The notes under the pieces were generated by a model, which was not told where the DNA came from, searched no databases, and saw nothing but the letters and a program-made list of their open reading frames with translations. A stretch of DNA of 64,000 nt from positions 1,178,001 through 1,242,000 of the forward strand of contig JAWMAR010000508.1 in assembly GCA_036785375.1 (NCBI GenBank). The letters run 5' to 3'. The DNA comes from Leucoraja ocellata (taxonomy: Eukaryota). Both the position numbers and the translations under genes were made by a program. Shown piece after piece: positions 34,611 through 49,387 of this stretch (positions are counted from its first letter, which is position 1; every line of letters starts with the position of its first letter).

Positions 34611-35493
34611 TTCAAGAAGGAACTGCAGATGCTGGAAAATCGAAGGTACACAAATGGCGGAGGATTATGTGTTGTAATCCTCCGTAATTAACACTTAATC
34701 CTCCGCCATTTCCACCACCTCCAACGTGACCCCACCACTCGCCACATCTTCCGATCTCCCCCCGTGTCTGCCTTCCGCAAAGACCGCTCACTCCGCAACT
34801 CCCTTGTCAATTCTTCCCTTCCCTCCCGTACCACCCCCTCCCCGGGCACTTTCCGTTGCAACCACAAGAAATGCAACACCTGTCCCTTCACCTCCCCCCT
34901 CGACTCCATTCAAGGACCCAAGCAGTCGTTCCAGGTGCGACAAAGGTTCACCAGCATCTCCTCCAACCTCATCTACTGCATCCTCTGCTCTAGGTGTCAG
35001 CTGATTTACATCGGGGAGACTAAGCGTAGGTTGGGCGATCGTTTCGCCGAACACCTCCGCTCAGTCCGCAATAACCAACATGAACTCCCGGTGGCTCAGC
35101 ACTTCCAATCCCCCTCCCATTCCCAATCCGACCTCTCTGCCCTGGGTCTCCTCCATTGCCAGAGTGAGCAACAACGGAAATTGGAGGAACAGCACCTCAT
35201 ATTCCGCCTGGGGACCTTGCGTCCGGATGGCATTAACATTGAATTCTCACAATTTTGCTAGCCCTTGCTGTCTCCTCCCCTTCCTTAACGCTCTAGCCGT
35301 CTCCTCCCATCCTCCTATCCGCCCACCCTCGGGCTCCTCCTCCTCCCCTTTTCCTTCCTTCTCCCCCCCCCCCCCCCCCCCCACCACCCCCCATCAGTCT
35401 GAAGAAGGGTTTCGGCCCGAAACGTCGCCTATTCCCTTCGCTCCATAGATGCTGCTGCACCCGCTGAGTTTCTCCAGCAATTTTGTGTACGTT
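34611..35493 (+). mobile_element. Penelope-like element, 5'-truncated, with GIY-YIG endonuclease
   Basis: ORF 34764-35261 (CxxxxCxxC...NLIYCILC...YIGETKRRLGDRFAEH...GINIE). Inverted terminal piece at the 5' end. 10-bp TSD CCACAAGGTG at 34601-34610 and 35494-35503. Confidence 0.9.
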
Positions 35494-35676
35494 CCACAAG
35501 GTGCCTGGTTCATGAATTAGGGAAGGTATCTGAGGAACAGCTTAGGGTTCTAAGCTGATCATTGCTAAAGTTGAAGTAAGAGGCTATTCATACAGAGGTT
35601 GATGAGGGGTTGTGTGGATATGTGGAACAAGATGCCGGAGGAAGTAGTTGAGGCAAGTACAATAACAACATATAAT

Positions 35677-35950
35677 TTAGTTCAGTTCAGCTTAGAGATA
35701 CAGAACGAATACAGGCCTTCGGCCCATCGAGTCCACACTGACTATCAATCACCCATTCACACACTAGTTCTGTGTTTAATTTAGAGATACAGCGTGGAAA
35801 CAGGCCATTCGGCCCATCGAGTCCGTGCTGACTATCGATCACCCATTCACACACTAGTTATGTGTTTAATTTAGAGATACAGCACGGAAACAGGCCCTTC
35901 GGCCCATCGAGTCCGTGCTGACTATCGATCACCCGTTCACACACTAGTTC
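35677..35950 (-). repeat. Three tandem copies (about 90 bp) of a SINE/CR1 3' end
   Basis: Repeated TTAGAGATACAG...GGCCCATCGAGTCC...CACACACTAGTT. Confidence 0.7.
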
Positions 35951-38920
35951 TCTCTTTAGTCAGTGGGTGGTGAATCTGTGGAATTCTTTGCTATAGCAGG
36001 CTGTGGAGAGCAAGTCAGTGGATATTTTTAAGGCTGAGATAGATAGATTGTTGATTAGAAACATGTAAACAAAGAAATTACGTGCAGGAGTAGGCCATTC
36101 GGCCCTTCGAGCCTGCACCGCCATTCAATATGATCATGGCTGATCATCCAACTCAGTATCCCGTACCTGCCTTCTCTCCATACCCCCTGATCCCATTAGC
36201 CACAAAGGCCACATCTAACTCGCTCTTAAATATAGCCAATGAACTGTGGCCTCGACTACCCTCTGTGGCAGAGAGTCCCAGAGATTCACCACTCTCTGTG
36301 TGAAAAAAGTTCTTCTCATCTCGGTTTTAAAGGAATTCCCCCTTATCCTTAAGATGTGACCCCTTGTCCTGGACTTCCCCAACATCGGGAACAATCTTCC
36401 TGCATCTAGCCTGTCCAACCCCTTAAGAATTTTGTAAGTTTCTATCAGATCCCTCAATCCTAAATTCTAGAGAGTATAAACCAGAATAGGAGAACTGAGG
36501 GGCCATCTTCGATCCGATTCTAGTCCGTGCCGAGCACATAGATCTCCCCTAGTCCCATATACCTGCGCTCAGACCATAACCCTCCATTCCCTTCCATCCA
36601 TATAACTAACCAATTTATTTTTAAATGATAAAAACGAACCTGCCTCCACCACCTTCACTGGAAGCTCATTCCACACAGCNNNNNNNNNNNNNNNNNNNNN
36701 NNNNNNNNNNNNNNNNNNNNNNNNNNNNNNNNNNNNNNNNNNNNNNNNNNNNNNNNNNNNNNNNNNNNNNNNNNNNNNNNNNNNNNNNNNNNNNNNNNNN
36801 NNNNNNNNNNNNNNNNNNNNNNNNNNNNNNNNNNNNNNNNNNNNNNNNNNNNNNNNNNNNNNNNNNNNNNNNNNNNNNNTCGTTTTTATTGGGGAACCTA
36901 AAGAATGACAGGTCGGGTGGTTTAGATTTACAATTAGAACAATTGATAGCAGAGCAGTGAGATACAATACAATACAAAACACTTTATTTGTCCCCGAGGG
37001 GAAATTCAGATGTCCCTGCAGCACACTAATAAAAATACAACATAGCATTCAAGAAGTTTAACATTAGAACATAAAAACATCCCCCCACAATGGTTCCCAC
37101 TGTGGGGGAAGGCACAAAGTCCAGTCCCCATCCTCTTGTCCACCCAAAGTCGGGCCTATGAGGCCTCCACAGTCGCCGCCACGGGGGCCCGATGTTCCCG
37201 GCCGTTCTCGCCGGGTGATGGTACTCCGACGTCGGGAGAACCCTCAGCGGCTTGGGGTGCCAGGAACGGCCGCCCTCCTACCGGAGACCGCGGCTTCCAG
37301 GCCAACAGACCGCGCCGGACGGAGCCCCACACACTGGCGATCTCGGCGAGAGATCCCAGGCTCCGAGATGTAAGTTCAGCGCCGCAGCTGGCCGCTCCAC
37401 AGAACCCTGGCTCCACGATGTTTTCCTCGGCGGTCCCAGCATTCTGGAGTTCCAGCGCGGCGACCCAGACAAGGCATCGCCCGCTCCGCGATAGCGCTCC
37501 AGCGCCGCGCCGCCGCCGAAGCCGATGTTCTGGCCAGGTCCCCTCAGGGAAACGTCACTCCAGGACCCGCTGGTAGGCCGCGAGGACGGGTCGAAGGTGC
37601 TGCGCGGAGGAAGGCAGCCTCTCCGACCAGGTAGGGACTTGAAAAGCAGTTTCCCCCTCCCCCCCCCACACATAAAAGATTAGACCCCCAACTAAACACT
37701 TTAACGTACTAAAAATAATAAAAAGAAGTGAAAGAAAACGGACATCTGCAAGATAGGCGCCGTTCAGGACAGCGCCCCCACCGTTATGCCGATGATGAAG
37801 ATTTAGATTTAGATAAGGACGCCATGGCAGTGTGGGGGAAGCCCAATAAAATGCTCAATAAAATGGCGTTGTCGATCACACACGATCCATGATCATATTG
37901 AATGGCGAATGGTGCAGGCTCGAAGGGCCAAATGGCCTCTACTCCTGCACCTAATTTCTATGTCTATGTTTCTATGTTTCTATGTGAGGTTATCCAATTT
38001 GGTGGCAAAAATGGGAAAGCAGACTATTATCTAAATGGTGGCCGATTGGGAAAGGGGGAGATGCAGCGAGACCTGGGTGTCATGGTACACCAGTCATTGA
38101 AGGTAGGCATGCAGGTGCAGCAGGCAGTAAAGAAAGCGAATGGTATGTTAGCTTTCATTGCAAAAGGATTTGAGTATAGGAGCAGGGAGGTTCTACTGCA
38201 GTTGTACAGGGTCTTGATGATACCACACCTGGAGTATTGCGTACAGTTTTGGTCTCCAAATCTGAGGAAAGACATTCTTGCCATAGAGGGAGTACAGAGA
38301 AGGTTCACCAGACTGATTCCTGGGATGTCAGGACTGTCTTATGAAGAAAGACTGGATAGACTTGGTTTATACTCTCTAGAATTTAGGAGATTGAGAGGGG
38401 ATCTTATAGAAACTTACAAAATTCTTAAGGGGTTGGACAGGCTAGATGCAGGAAGATTGTTCCCGATGTTAGGGAAGTCTAGGACAAGGGGTCACAGCTT
38501 AAGGATAAGGGGGAAATCCTTTAAAACCGAGATGAGAAGAACTTTTTTCACACAGAGAGTGGTGAATCTCTGGAACTCTCTGCCGCAGAGGGTAGTTGAG
38601 GCCACACAGTTCATTGGCTATATTTAAGAGGGAGTTAGATGTGGCCCTTGTGGCTAAGGGGATCAGGGGGTATGGAGAGAAGGCAGGCACGGGATACTGA
38701 GTTGGATGATCAGCCATGATCATATTGAATGGCGGTGCAGGCTCGAAGGGCCGAATGGCCTCTACTCCTGCACCTAATTTCTATGTTTCCATGTTTCATC
38801 TAGAGAGGATTCATTAATCTAAAACCCAAGGCAGGTGTAGCTCTCCCTCCTCAACGCCCCTCCCTCCCTCCTCACCGCCCCTCCCACAACACAGCGCTCC
38901 CTGCTCACTGCCCCTCCCTG

Positions 38921-39112
38921 CTACCCCTTCCCCTGCTTGGACTGGAACCAGAGCTCAGCGTATTCCACCGCCTCGCCACTGTGGACGGTGTCTCCACTGC
39001 TCGACAGCTCCCGCAGGCTGGCGTAGACGGCCGCTTCCTCTTCCACCACTCCCGGTTCCCCACCTCCTCTCAGCTCCTCTGGGGCCGGCCTGTCCTCTGC
39101 ATTCCCCGCGCT
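38921..39112 (-). CDS. Gene B terminal exon with ITIM-like AVYASL and ITIM VEYAEL
   Basis: In frame from a phase-0 acceptor: [63 protein letters not shown]. Confidence 0.85.
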   Translation of the reverse strand, partial: SAGNAEDRPAPEELRGGGEPGVVEEEAAVYASLRELSSSGDTVHSGEAVEYAELWFQSKQGKG

Positions 39113-39472
39113 CTGGAAGGAAAGGGAAGCAGACGGGCAGCTGTGGGTTTAGTACAGAGCAGAGCGCAGTGTGGCCTGGCATTTAATACCATCAGCGACA
39201 AGGTTCACAATTCCTGAACTCCCATAGACCCAGGNNNNNNNNNNNNNNNNNNNNNNNNNNNNNNNNNNNNNNNNNNNNNNNNNNNNNNNNNNNNNNNNNN
39301 NNNNNNNNNNNNNNNNNNNNNNNNNNNNNNNNNNNNNNNNNNNNNNNNNNNNNNNNNNNNNNNATCAAATAATACAACAGATCAAGTCATACACAAAACA
39401 AACTTACATTATATCGTGTCATTATAGTACAACATTACAAACATTATTCACAATACTCTCAACCCCACGCGG

Positions 39473-39548
<76 letters not shown>

Positions 39549-42500
39549 CCCCCCCCCCCCTCTCTCCCCCTCTCGCACTGTCCCTCTCTCTATCACATTC
39601 ACACCCCTCTCTCCCACACTCTCACACATAGTTAGATAAATCTGAGGAAGGACATTATTGCCATAGAGGGAGTGCAGAAAAAGTTCACCAGACTGATTCC
39701 TGGGATGTCAGGACTGTCTTATGAAGAAAGACTGGATAGACTTGGTTTATACTCTCTAGAATTTAGGAGATTGAGAGGGGATCTTATAGAAACTTACAAA
39801 ATTCTCAAGGGGTTGGACAGGCTAGATGCAGGAAGATTGCTCCCGATGTTGGGGAAGTCCAGGACAAGGGGTCACAGCTTAAGGATAAGGGGGAAATCCT
39901 TTAAAACCGAGATGAGAAGAACTTTTTTCACACAGAGAGTGGTGAATCTCTGGAACTCTCTGCCGCAGAGGGTAGTCGAGGCCAGCTCATTGGCTATATT
40001 TAAGCGGGAGTTAGTTGTGGCCCTCGTGGCTAAGAGGATAGAAACATAGAAACATAGAAATTAGGTGCAGGAGTAGGCCATTCGGCCCTTCGAGCCTGCA
40101 CCGCCGTTCAATATGATCATGGCTGATCATCCAACTCAGTATCCCGTACCTGCCTTCTCTCCATACCCCCTGATCCCCTTAGCCACAAGGGCCACATCTA
40201 ACTCCCTCATAAATATAGCCAATGAACTGTGGCCTCGACTACCTTCTGCGGCAGAGAGTTCCAGAGATTCACCACTCTCTGTGTGAAAAAGTTCTCCTCA
40301 TCTCGGTTTTAAAGGATTTCCCCCTTATCCTTAAGCTGTGACCCCTTGTCCTGGACTTCCCCAACATCGGGAGCAATCGTCCTGCATCTAGCCTGTCCAA
40401 CCCCTTAAGAATTTTGTAAGTTTCTATAAGATCCCCTCTCAATCTCCTAAATTCTAGAGAGTGTAAACCAAGTCTATCCAGTCTTTCTTCGTAAGACGGT
40501 CCTGACATCCCAGGAATCAGTCTGGTGAACCTTCTCTGTACTCCCTCTATGGCAATAATGTCCTTCCTCAGATTTGGAGGCCAAAACTGTACGCAATACT
40601 CCAGGTGTGGTCTCACCAAGACCCTGTACAACTGCAGTAGAACCTCCCTGCTCCTATACTCAAATCCTTTTGCTATGAAACCATTGTTACTATGTTTGCA
40701 TATCTCTCATTCATTGTTCTTTATCTCTCTACATCGTCATCTGTATAGAGTCATAGAGTGATACAGTGTGGAAACAAGTCCTTTGGCCCAACTTGCCCAC
40801 ACCGGCCAACATGTCCCAGCTGCACTGGTCCCACCTGCCTGCGTTTGGTCCATATCCCTCCAAACTTGTCCTATCCATGTCCCTCCAGAGATGCTGCCTG
40901 TCCCGCTGAGTTACTCCAGATTTTAGTGCCCACATTTGCATCATCTGTAGTTGAGATAAAATGCAGAGTTCCACTACCTGATTGGTGTCAGAGTGCGGGC
41001 AGTAGGTCAGACTGGTGTCTTGGTTTCCTGAAGCCTTCTCCGTAGTCCCATCTTCTCTCCTGGAGCAACAGACGATCACACCAAGTTAACAGCACATCAA
41101 CACAGTCCAAGTCAAAGCTGCAGTTGTATTAGACGTTGGTCATAAGATTAGGAGGTAATTAATGATATGAGCAGAATTAGGTCATTCGGCCCATTTTGGT
41201 GGCAAAAACGGGAAAGCAGACTATTATCTAAATGGTGGCCGATTGGGAAAGGGGGAGATGCAGCGAGACCTGGGTGTCATGGTACACCAGTCATTGAAAG
41301 TAGGCATGCAGGTGCAGCAGGCAGTAAAGAAAGCGAATGGTATGTTAGCTTTCATAGCAAAAGGATTTGAGTATAGGAGCAGGGAGGTTCTACTGCAGTT
41401 GTACAGGGTCTTGGTGAGACCACACCTGGAGTATTGCGTACAGTTTGGTCTCCAAATCTGAGGAAGGACATTATTGCCATAGAGGGAGTGCAGAGAAGGT
41501 TCACCAGACTGATTCCTGGGATGTCAGGACTGTCTTATGAAGAAAGACTGGATAGACTTGTTTTATACTCTCTAGAATTTAGGAGATTGAGAGGGGATCT
41601 TATAGAAACTTACAAAATTCTTAAGGGGTTGGACAGGCTAGATGCAGGAAGATTGTTCCCGATGTTAGGGAAGTCCAGGACAAGGGGTCACAGATTAAGG
41701 ATAAGGGGGAAATCCTTTAAAACCGAGATGAGGAGAACTTTTTTCACACAGAGAGTGGTGAATCTCTGGAACTCTCTGCCACATAGGGTAGTTGAGGCCA
41801 GTTCATTGGCTATATTTAAGAGGGAGTTAGATGTGGCCCTTGTGGCTAAGGGGATCAGGGGGTATGGAGAGAAGGCAGGTACGGGATACTGAGTTGGATG
41901 ATCAGCCATGATCATATTGAATGGCGGTGCAGGCTCGAAGGGCCGAATGGCCTCTACTCCTGCACCTAATTTCTATGTTTCTATGTTTCTATCAAGTCTA
42001 TTCCACCATTCAATTATGTCTGACCTAACTCTCCCTCCTAACCCCATTCTCCTGCCTTCTCCCCATAACCCCTGACAACCAGCACTAATCAATAATCTAT
42101 CTATCTCTGCCTTAAATATATAGAAACATAGAAATTAGGTGCAGGAGTAGGCCATTCGGCCCTTCGAGCCTGCACCATTCACCATTCAATATGATCATGG
42201 CTGATCATCCAACTCAGTATCCCGTACCTGCCTTCTCTCCATACCCTCTGATCCCCTTAGCCACAAGGGCCACATCTAACTCCCTCTTAAATATAGCCAA
42301 TGAACTGTGTGGCCTCGACTACCCTCTGCAGCAGAGAGTTCCAGAGATTCACCACTCTCTGTGTGAAAAAAGTTCTTCTCATCTCGGTTTTAAAGGATTT
42401 CCCCCTTATCCTTAAGCTGTGACCCCTTGTCCTGGACTTCCCCAACATCGGGAGCAATCTTCCTGCATCTAGCCTGTCCAACCCCTTAAGAATTTTGTAA

Positions 42501-45500
42501 GTTTCTATAAGATCCCCTCTCAATCTCCTAAATTCTAGAGAGTATAAACCAAGTCTATCCAGTCTTTCTTCATAAGACAGTCCTGACATCCCAGGAATCA
42601 GGCTGGTGAACCTTCTCTGCACTCCCTCTATGGCAATAATGTCCTTCCTCAGATTTGGAGACCAAAACTGTACACAATACTCCAGGTGTGGTCTCACCAA
42701 GACCCTGTACAACTGCAATAGAACCTCCCTGCTCCTATACTCAAATCATTTTGCTATGAAAGCTAACATACCATTCGCTTTCTTCACTGCCTGCTGCACC
42801 TGCATGCCTACTTTCAATGACTGGTGTACCATGACACCCAGGTCTCGCTGCATCTCCCCTTTTCCTAGTCGGCCACCATTTAGATAATAGTCTGCTTTCC
42901 TGTTTTTGCCACCAAAATGCATAACCTCACATATATCCACATTATACTGCATCTGCCAAACATTTGCCCACTCACCCAGCCTATCCAAGTCACCTTGCAG
43001 TCTCCTAGCATCCTCCTCACAGCTAACACTGCCCCCCAGCTTAGTGTCATCCGCAAACTTGGAGATATTGCCTTCAATTCCCTCATCCAGATCATTAATA
43101 TATATTGTAAATAGCTGGGGTCCCAGCACTGAGCCTTGCGGTACCCCACTAGTCACTGCCTGCTATTGTGAAAAGGACCCGTTTACTCCTACTCTTTGCT
43201 GACACCTGTACTAATCAACAATCTATCTATCTCTGCCTTAAATATATCCACTGACTTGTGGCCTCCACAGCCGTCTGTGGCAAAGAATCCCACAGATTCA
43301 CCACCCTCTGACTAAAGAAATTCCTCTCATGTGCTACCAAAATGAAGGTCTTTAATTCTGAGGCTGTGCCCTCTGGTCCTAGACTCTCCCACTAGTGGAA
43401 ACATCCTCTCCACATCCACTCTATCCAAGGCCTTTCACTATTCATTCAATTTCAATGAGGTTTCCCCTCATCCTTCTAAACTCCAGCGAGTACAGGCCCA
43501 GTGCCGACAAACGCTCATCATATGTTAACCCAATCATTCCCGTTCTCCAGAGATGCTGCCTGACCCATTACATAGAAACATAGAAATTAGGTGCAGGAGT
43601 AGGCCATTCGGCCCTTCGAGCCTGCACCGCCATTCAATATGATCATGGCTGATCATCCAACTCAGTATCCCGTACCTGCCCTCTCTCCATACCCCCTGAT
43701 CCCCTTAGCCACAAGGGCCACATCTAACTCCCTCTTAAATATAGCCAATGAACTGGCCTCAACTACCCTCTGTGGCAGAGAGTTCCACAGATTCACCACT
43801 CTCTGTGTGAAAAAAGTTCTTCTCATCTCGGCTTTAAAGGATTTCCCCCTTATCCTTAAGCTGTGACCCCTTGTCCTGGACTTCCCCAACATCGGGAACA
43901 ATCTTCCTGCATCTAGCCTGTCCAACCCCTTAAGAATTTTGTAAGTTTCTATAAGATCCCCTCTCAATCTTCTAAATTCTAGAGAGTATAAACCAAGTCT
44001 ATCCAGTCTTTCTTCATAAGACAGTCCTGACATCCCATTAACCCAGCAGAAGCAGTTATAAGAAGCATATGATAAAAGGATAGATTTGGAAATTAAAATG
44101 TGGATCTATTAACACTTACCACTGTATATACTTGTAGATGGAGAATCCAGCTAGCTCAGCAATCAATATTATCCCTGCTGTAAGCAAAACCACGATCCAA
44201 ATACTGAAGCTCTTACCTGTAAGAACAATCAGATGTGTTTTCAGTTTTTACAGTTTAGTTCAGGGGTGGGGAAGGCCGCATGTTGAAAGGCCGCATTAAG
44301 TCAGCTGTAATTTGAGATTAGGAGCAAGGAGGTTCTACTGCAGTTGTACAGAGTCTTGGCGAGACCTCACCTGGAGTATTGCGTACAGTTTGGTCTCCAG
44401 ATCTGAGGAAAGACATTCTTGCCATAGAGGGAGTGCAGAGAAGGTTCACCAGACTGATTCCTGGGATGGCAGGACTTTCATGTGAAGAAAGACTGGATAT
44501 ATTAATGATCTGGATGAGGGAATTGAAGGCAATATCTCCAAGTTTGCGGATGACACTAAGCTGGGGGGCAGTGTTAGCTGTGAGGAGGATGCTAGGAGAC
44601 TGCAAGGTGACTTGGATAGGCTGGGTGAGTGGGCAAATGTTTGGCAGATGCAGTAAAATGAGGATAAATGTGAGGTTATCCATTTTGGTGGCAAAAACGG
44701 GAAAGCAGACTATTATCTAAATGGTGGCCGATTGGGAAAGGGGGAGATGCAGCAAGACCTGGGTGTCATGGTACACCAGTCATTGAAAGTAGGCATGCAG
44801 GTGCAGCAGGCAGTGAAGAAAGCGAATGGTATGTTAGCTTTCATTGCAAAAGGATTTGAGTATAGGAGCAGGGAGGTTCTACTGCAGTTGTACAGGGTCT
44901 TGGTGAGACCTCACCTGCAGTATTGCGTACAATTTTGGTCTCCAAATCTGAGGAAAGACATTCTTGCCATAGAGGGAGTGCAGAGACGGTTCACCAGACT
45001 GATTTCAGGGATGGCAGGACTTTCATGTGAAGAAAGACTGGATAGACTCGGCTTGTACTCGCTAGAATTTAGGAGATTGAGAGGGGATCTTATAGAAACT
45101 TACAAAATTCTTAAGGGGTTGAACAGGCTAGATACTCAAAATCCTTTTGCTATGAAAGCTAACATACCATTGGCTTTCTTCACTGCCTGCTGCACCTGCA
45201 TGCCTACTTTCAATGACTGGTGTACCATGACACCCAGGTCTCGCTGCATCTCCCCTTTTCCTAGTCGGCCACCATTTGGAGTATCGCGTTCAGTTTTGAT
45301 CACCCTGCTCGAAGAAGGACGTCGTTAAGCTGGAAAGAGTGCAGAGAATATTCATGAGGATGTTGCCACACTCGAGAATTAGACAGGTGCATGAATAGGA
45401 CAGGTTTGGAGGGATAAGGACCAATGCAGGCAGGTGGGACTAGTGTAAATGGGGCACGTTGGCTGGTGTGGGCAAGTTGGCCCGAAGGACCTGTTTCCAC

Positions 45501-46002
45501 TGTATGACTCTATGACTATTGGCAGACACAAAATGCTGGAGTAACTCAGCAGGGACAGGCAGCATCTCTGGAGAGAAAGAATGGGTGATGTTTCGGGAAG
45601 AGATCCTTCTTCAGACCAACCCAAAACATCACCCATTCCTTCTCTCCAGAGATGCTGCCTGTCCCGCTGAGTTACTACCTTCGATTTAAACCGAGGCATC
45701 TGCAGTTCTTTCCTACACACTAAATGGGTACACTGGCTAAATTTCTACACTGGTAAATTGGATTAGTAAGTATGCAGATGATACCAAGATAGGGGGTGTT
45801 GTGGACAATGAAGAGGATTTCCAAAGTCTACAGAGTGATTTAGGCCATTTGGCAAAATGGGCTGAAAGATGGCAGATGGAGTTTAATGCTGATAAATGTG
45901 AGGTGCTACACCTTGGCAGGACAAATCAAAATAGGACGTACATGGTAAATGGTAGGGAATTGAAGAATACAGTTGAACAGAGGGATCTGGGAATAACCGT
46001 GC

Positions 46003-46058
<56 letters not shown>

Positions 46059-49000
46059 TTTATTTATAAAGCGCTTTTAGACAACATCAGTTACCACAAA
46101 GTGCTGTACATGGGAAGTCAACAAAAAGTTATTACAAACTACTAAAACCATTAAGACGACAGGACTATAAAAACAGTAAAAATTAAAAGACATTAAAAGC
46201 ACTAAAACAGGAACAAAGTCTCAGCCAGTGTCGAAAGCCAGTGAATAAAAGTGAGTTTTTAGGGAGGATTTAAAGATGGACAGTGAGGGGGCCTGTCTGA
46301 TCTGCAGCGGCAAGGTGTTCCAGAGTGCCGGGGCAGCAACAGAAAAGGCTCTATCCCCTCTGAGCTTCCGCTTAGACCTTGGTACCTCAAGGAGCAGCTG
46401 ATCCGCTGACCTGAGGCACCGGGTAGGAGCATATAGGTGGAGCAGCTCAGAGAGGTAAGGCGGGGCGAGGCCATTCAATGATTTAAAAACAAATAAAAGA
46501 ATTTTAAAATGAACTCGAAAGTGCACTGGGAGCCAGTGAAGGGAGGCCAAAATTGGCGTAATGTGCTCCCTCTTTCGAGTTCCGGTTAAAAGGCGAGCGG
46601 CAGCATTTTGGACCAACTGGAGACGAGCCAACGAAGCTCGTGAGATTCCAGACTAGAGCGCGTTACAGTAATCCAGCCGAGATGAAATAAAGGCGTGAAT
46701 TACTGTTTCAAAATGCTGCCGCTCGAGAATGGGCTTCACCTTTGCCAGCTTCCTTAGGTGAAAGAAGCTGGACTTAACCACCGCGCCTATTTGTTTATCT
46801 AATTTAAAATCACCGTCCATCATAAAACCCAGGTTTAAAACTGTTGGCTTTACGAACACTGCCAGTGGACCCAAGTCAACAGAGGGAGGTTCACGGCAGC
46901 CATTGGGGCCGAACAAAATCACTTCTGTCTTTTTTTCGTTAAGTCCCAGAAAGTTTAAGGCCATCCAGGACTTAATGTCCTCAAGACAAGACAGAAGTGA
47001 TTTTAGGGAATAATTATCTTCTTTCCTGAGTGGCATGTACAACTGGCTATCATCCGTGTAAAAGTGAAAGGAGATGCCATGCCTTCTTAAAATTGAGCCC
47101 AGTGGAAGTAGATAAAGGGAGAAAAGCAGGGGCCCTAAAATTGAGCCCTGTGGAACCCCATATGCCAAGGGAGCAGAGGAGGATTCAAGGCCACCAAGGG
47201 TTACACGCATGGTTCTATCTGCCAGATAGGACCTGAACCATCCCAGGGCACTGCCACAGATGCCCACTTGTTGCTGTAATCGGGAAATTAATATTCCATG
47301 GTCCACAGTGTCGAAGGCGGCAGATAGGTCCAGCAAGACAAGAACCACATAATTACCGGAGTCGTTTGCCAGGAGGATGTCGTTAGAGACCCTTAGCAAA
47401 GCCGACTCTGTGCTATGCATAGCCTTGAAACCAGACTGAAAGACCTCCCGGATGTTGTGCTCATCCAGGAAGAGTTTCAGCTGGGCATAAACTACTTTCT
47501 CCATGATTTTCGAGATAAATGGCAGCTTGGAGATTGGCCTAAAATTGGCCAGGACAGTCTGGTCCAGGCCAGGTTTCTTGAGTAATGGCTGCACTACATA
47601 GTTCCTTCAAGGTGGAATCTCATATAGATAGGGTGGTAAAGAAAGCTTTTGGTGTGCTAGCCTTTATAAATCAGAGCATTGAGTATAGAAGCTGGGATGT
47701 AATGTTAAAATTGTACAAGGCATTGGTGAGACCAATTCTGGAGTATGGTGTACAATTTTGGTCGCCCAATTATAGGAAGGATGTCAACGAAATAGAGAGA
47801 GTACAGAGGAGATTTACTAGAATGTTGCCTGGGTTTCAACAACTAAGTTACAGAGATAGGTTGAATAAGTTAGGTCTTTATTCTCTGGAGCGCAGAAGGT
47901 TAAGGGGGGACTTGATAGAGGTCTTTAAAATGATGAGAGGGATAGACAGAGTTGATGTGGACAAGCTTTTCCCTTATAGAATAGGGAGGATTCTAACAAG
48001 AGGACATGACTTCAGAATTAAGGGACAGAAGTTTAGGGGTAATATGAGGGGGAACTTCTTTACTCAGAGAGTGGTAGCGGTGTGGAATGAGCTTCCAGTG
48101 GAAGTGGTGGAGGCAGGTTCGTTGGTATCATTTAAAAATAAATTGGATAGGCATATGGATGAGAAGGGAATGGAGGGTTATGGTATGAGTGCAGGCAGGT
48201 GGGACTAAGGGGAAAAAAAGAGTTGTTCGGCACGGACTTGTAGGGCCGAGATGGCCTGTTTCCGTGCTGTAATTGTTATATGGTTATATGGTTATACTAG
48301 ACCAAGGGCAGACCCGTTGGGTCTGCTCCCCCAACGCAGCCGTTGGAATGAAAAGTGAAATGTCTACCCAAATGGCTGCTTCTATGGGTGAGAAGCCAGT
48401 TTATTTTTGAAATATTGGGGGGTGGGGGGAGAAGGATTTGATTAAAAACGTGTACTTAAACATGACGAAATGTAATGAGGAGCGGATACTTAGAAAGAAA
48501 AGTGAAATCTCTACCGAAATGGAAAAGATCTCGGCGATTGTGCGTCTGGATTCGGCTTGGCAAGGAATCAAAGGAAGAAATGCAGCCGGCAGCCGTACAT
48601 GTAAATAGATCCATTCCGATTGGACATCTGCGAGCATCAGCCATTCCGATTGGACATCTGCGAGCATTGGGCATTGTGACATCACACGATGGAACAAATC
48701 AAAAGGCAGAAAGGCAGCCGGACGCAGCCGGTCGGATGGCACGAGAGTTTTATATAATAATAGATGGTGACTATGGCTCGATGACTTCCCTCCCCCCAGA
48801 GATGTCCTCACCTTCCATCGGCAGATACACCTTGAACAAGGCTTCCCCGTGTCGGTTACGGACTGAGCACAAGACCATCACGTCCTCCCCTGCATCGCCC
48901 CCTCTCAGGGTGAGGGTGCCATTCACCAGATGCCCGCCTGCCACCTGCCAGCTGTGGAGACGTCCGCGGGTTTGATTTCCGCTGAGGTTGGCGAGAGGCC

Positions 49001-49356
49001 AGGTGAGCTCTCCAGGTGGGTTGTACCTGGCCGCACACACACAGGTGACACTCTCAGGTGTGCGAGTGCATCCCGAATCCCAGGAAATCTCCGGCGCATC
49101 TGGAGAGGGTGGAACAAGACACGACAGAGATGTGAATTTGTGGAATTCAGTATCAGTATCAGTATATCTTTATTGTCATTTCCTGAGTTAAATCTCTCCC
49201 TGCACTGGAGACCCGACCTTTTTCGTCGGGTTTCGTCGGGTTTCCGTTGTCGTTGGGGTCGCAACGAGGAGCGGCCTCCAACAGGAAGAAGCCGGGAACT
49301 CTGGTGCTACGACTCACGCCGTCGCGGGGCTGGCCAAGTCCGGAGCGGTGGTGGAG

Positions 49357-49387
<31 letters not shown>

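Larger units (their letters stand above)
37890..45135. mobile_element. Multiple CR1 family 1 fragments in and around gene B 3' introns
   Basis: ORFs 37902-38627, 39672-40049, 40269-40631, 41434-41892, 42287-43156, 43662-44033 and 44732-45328. Confidence 0.85.
36881..49130. repeat. Segmental duplication copy 2, with extra young insertions
   Basis: Colinear with 4036-13600. Extra insertions at about 36961-37790, 41190-41990, 46004-47590 and 48297-48764. Confidence 0.9.
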
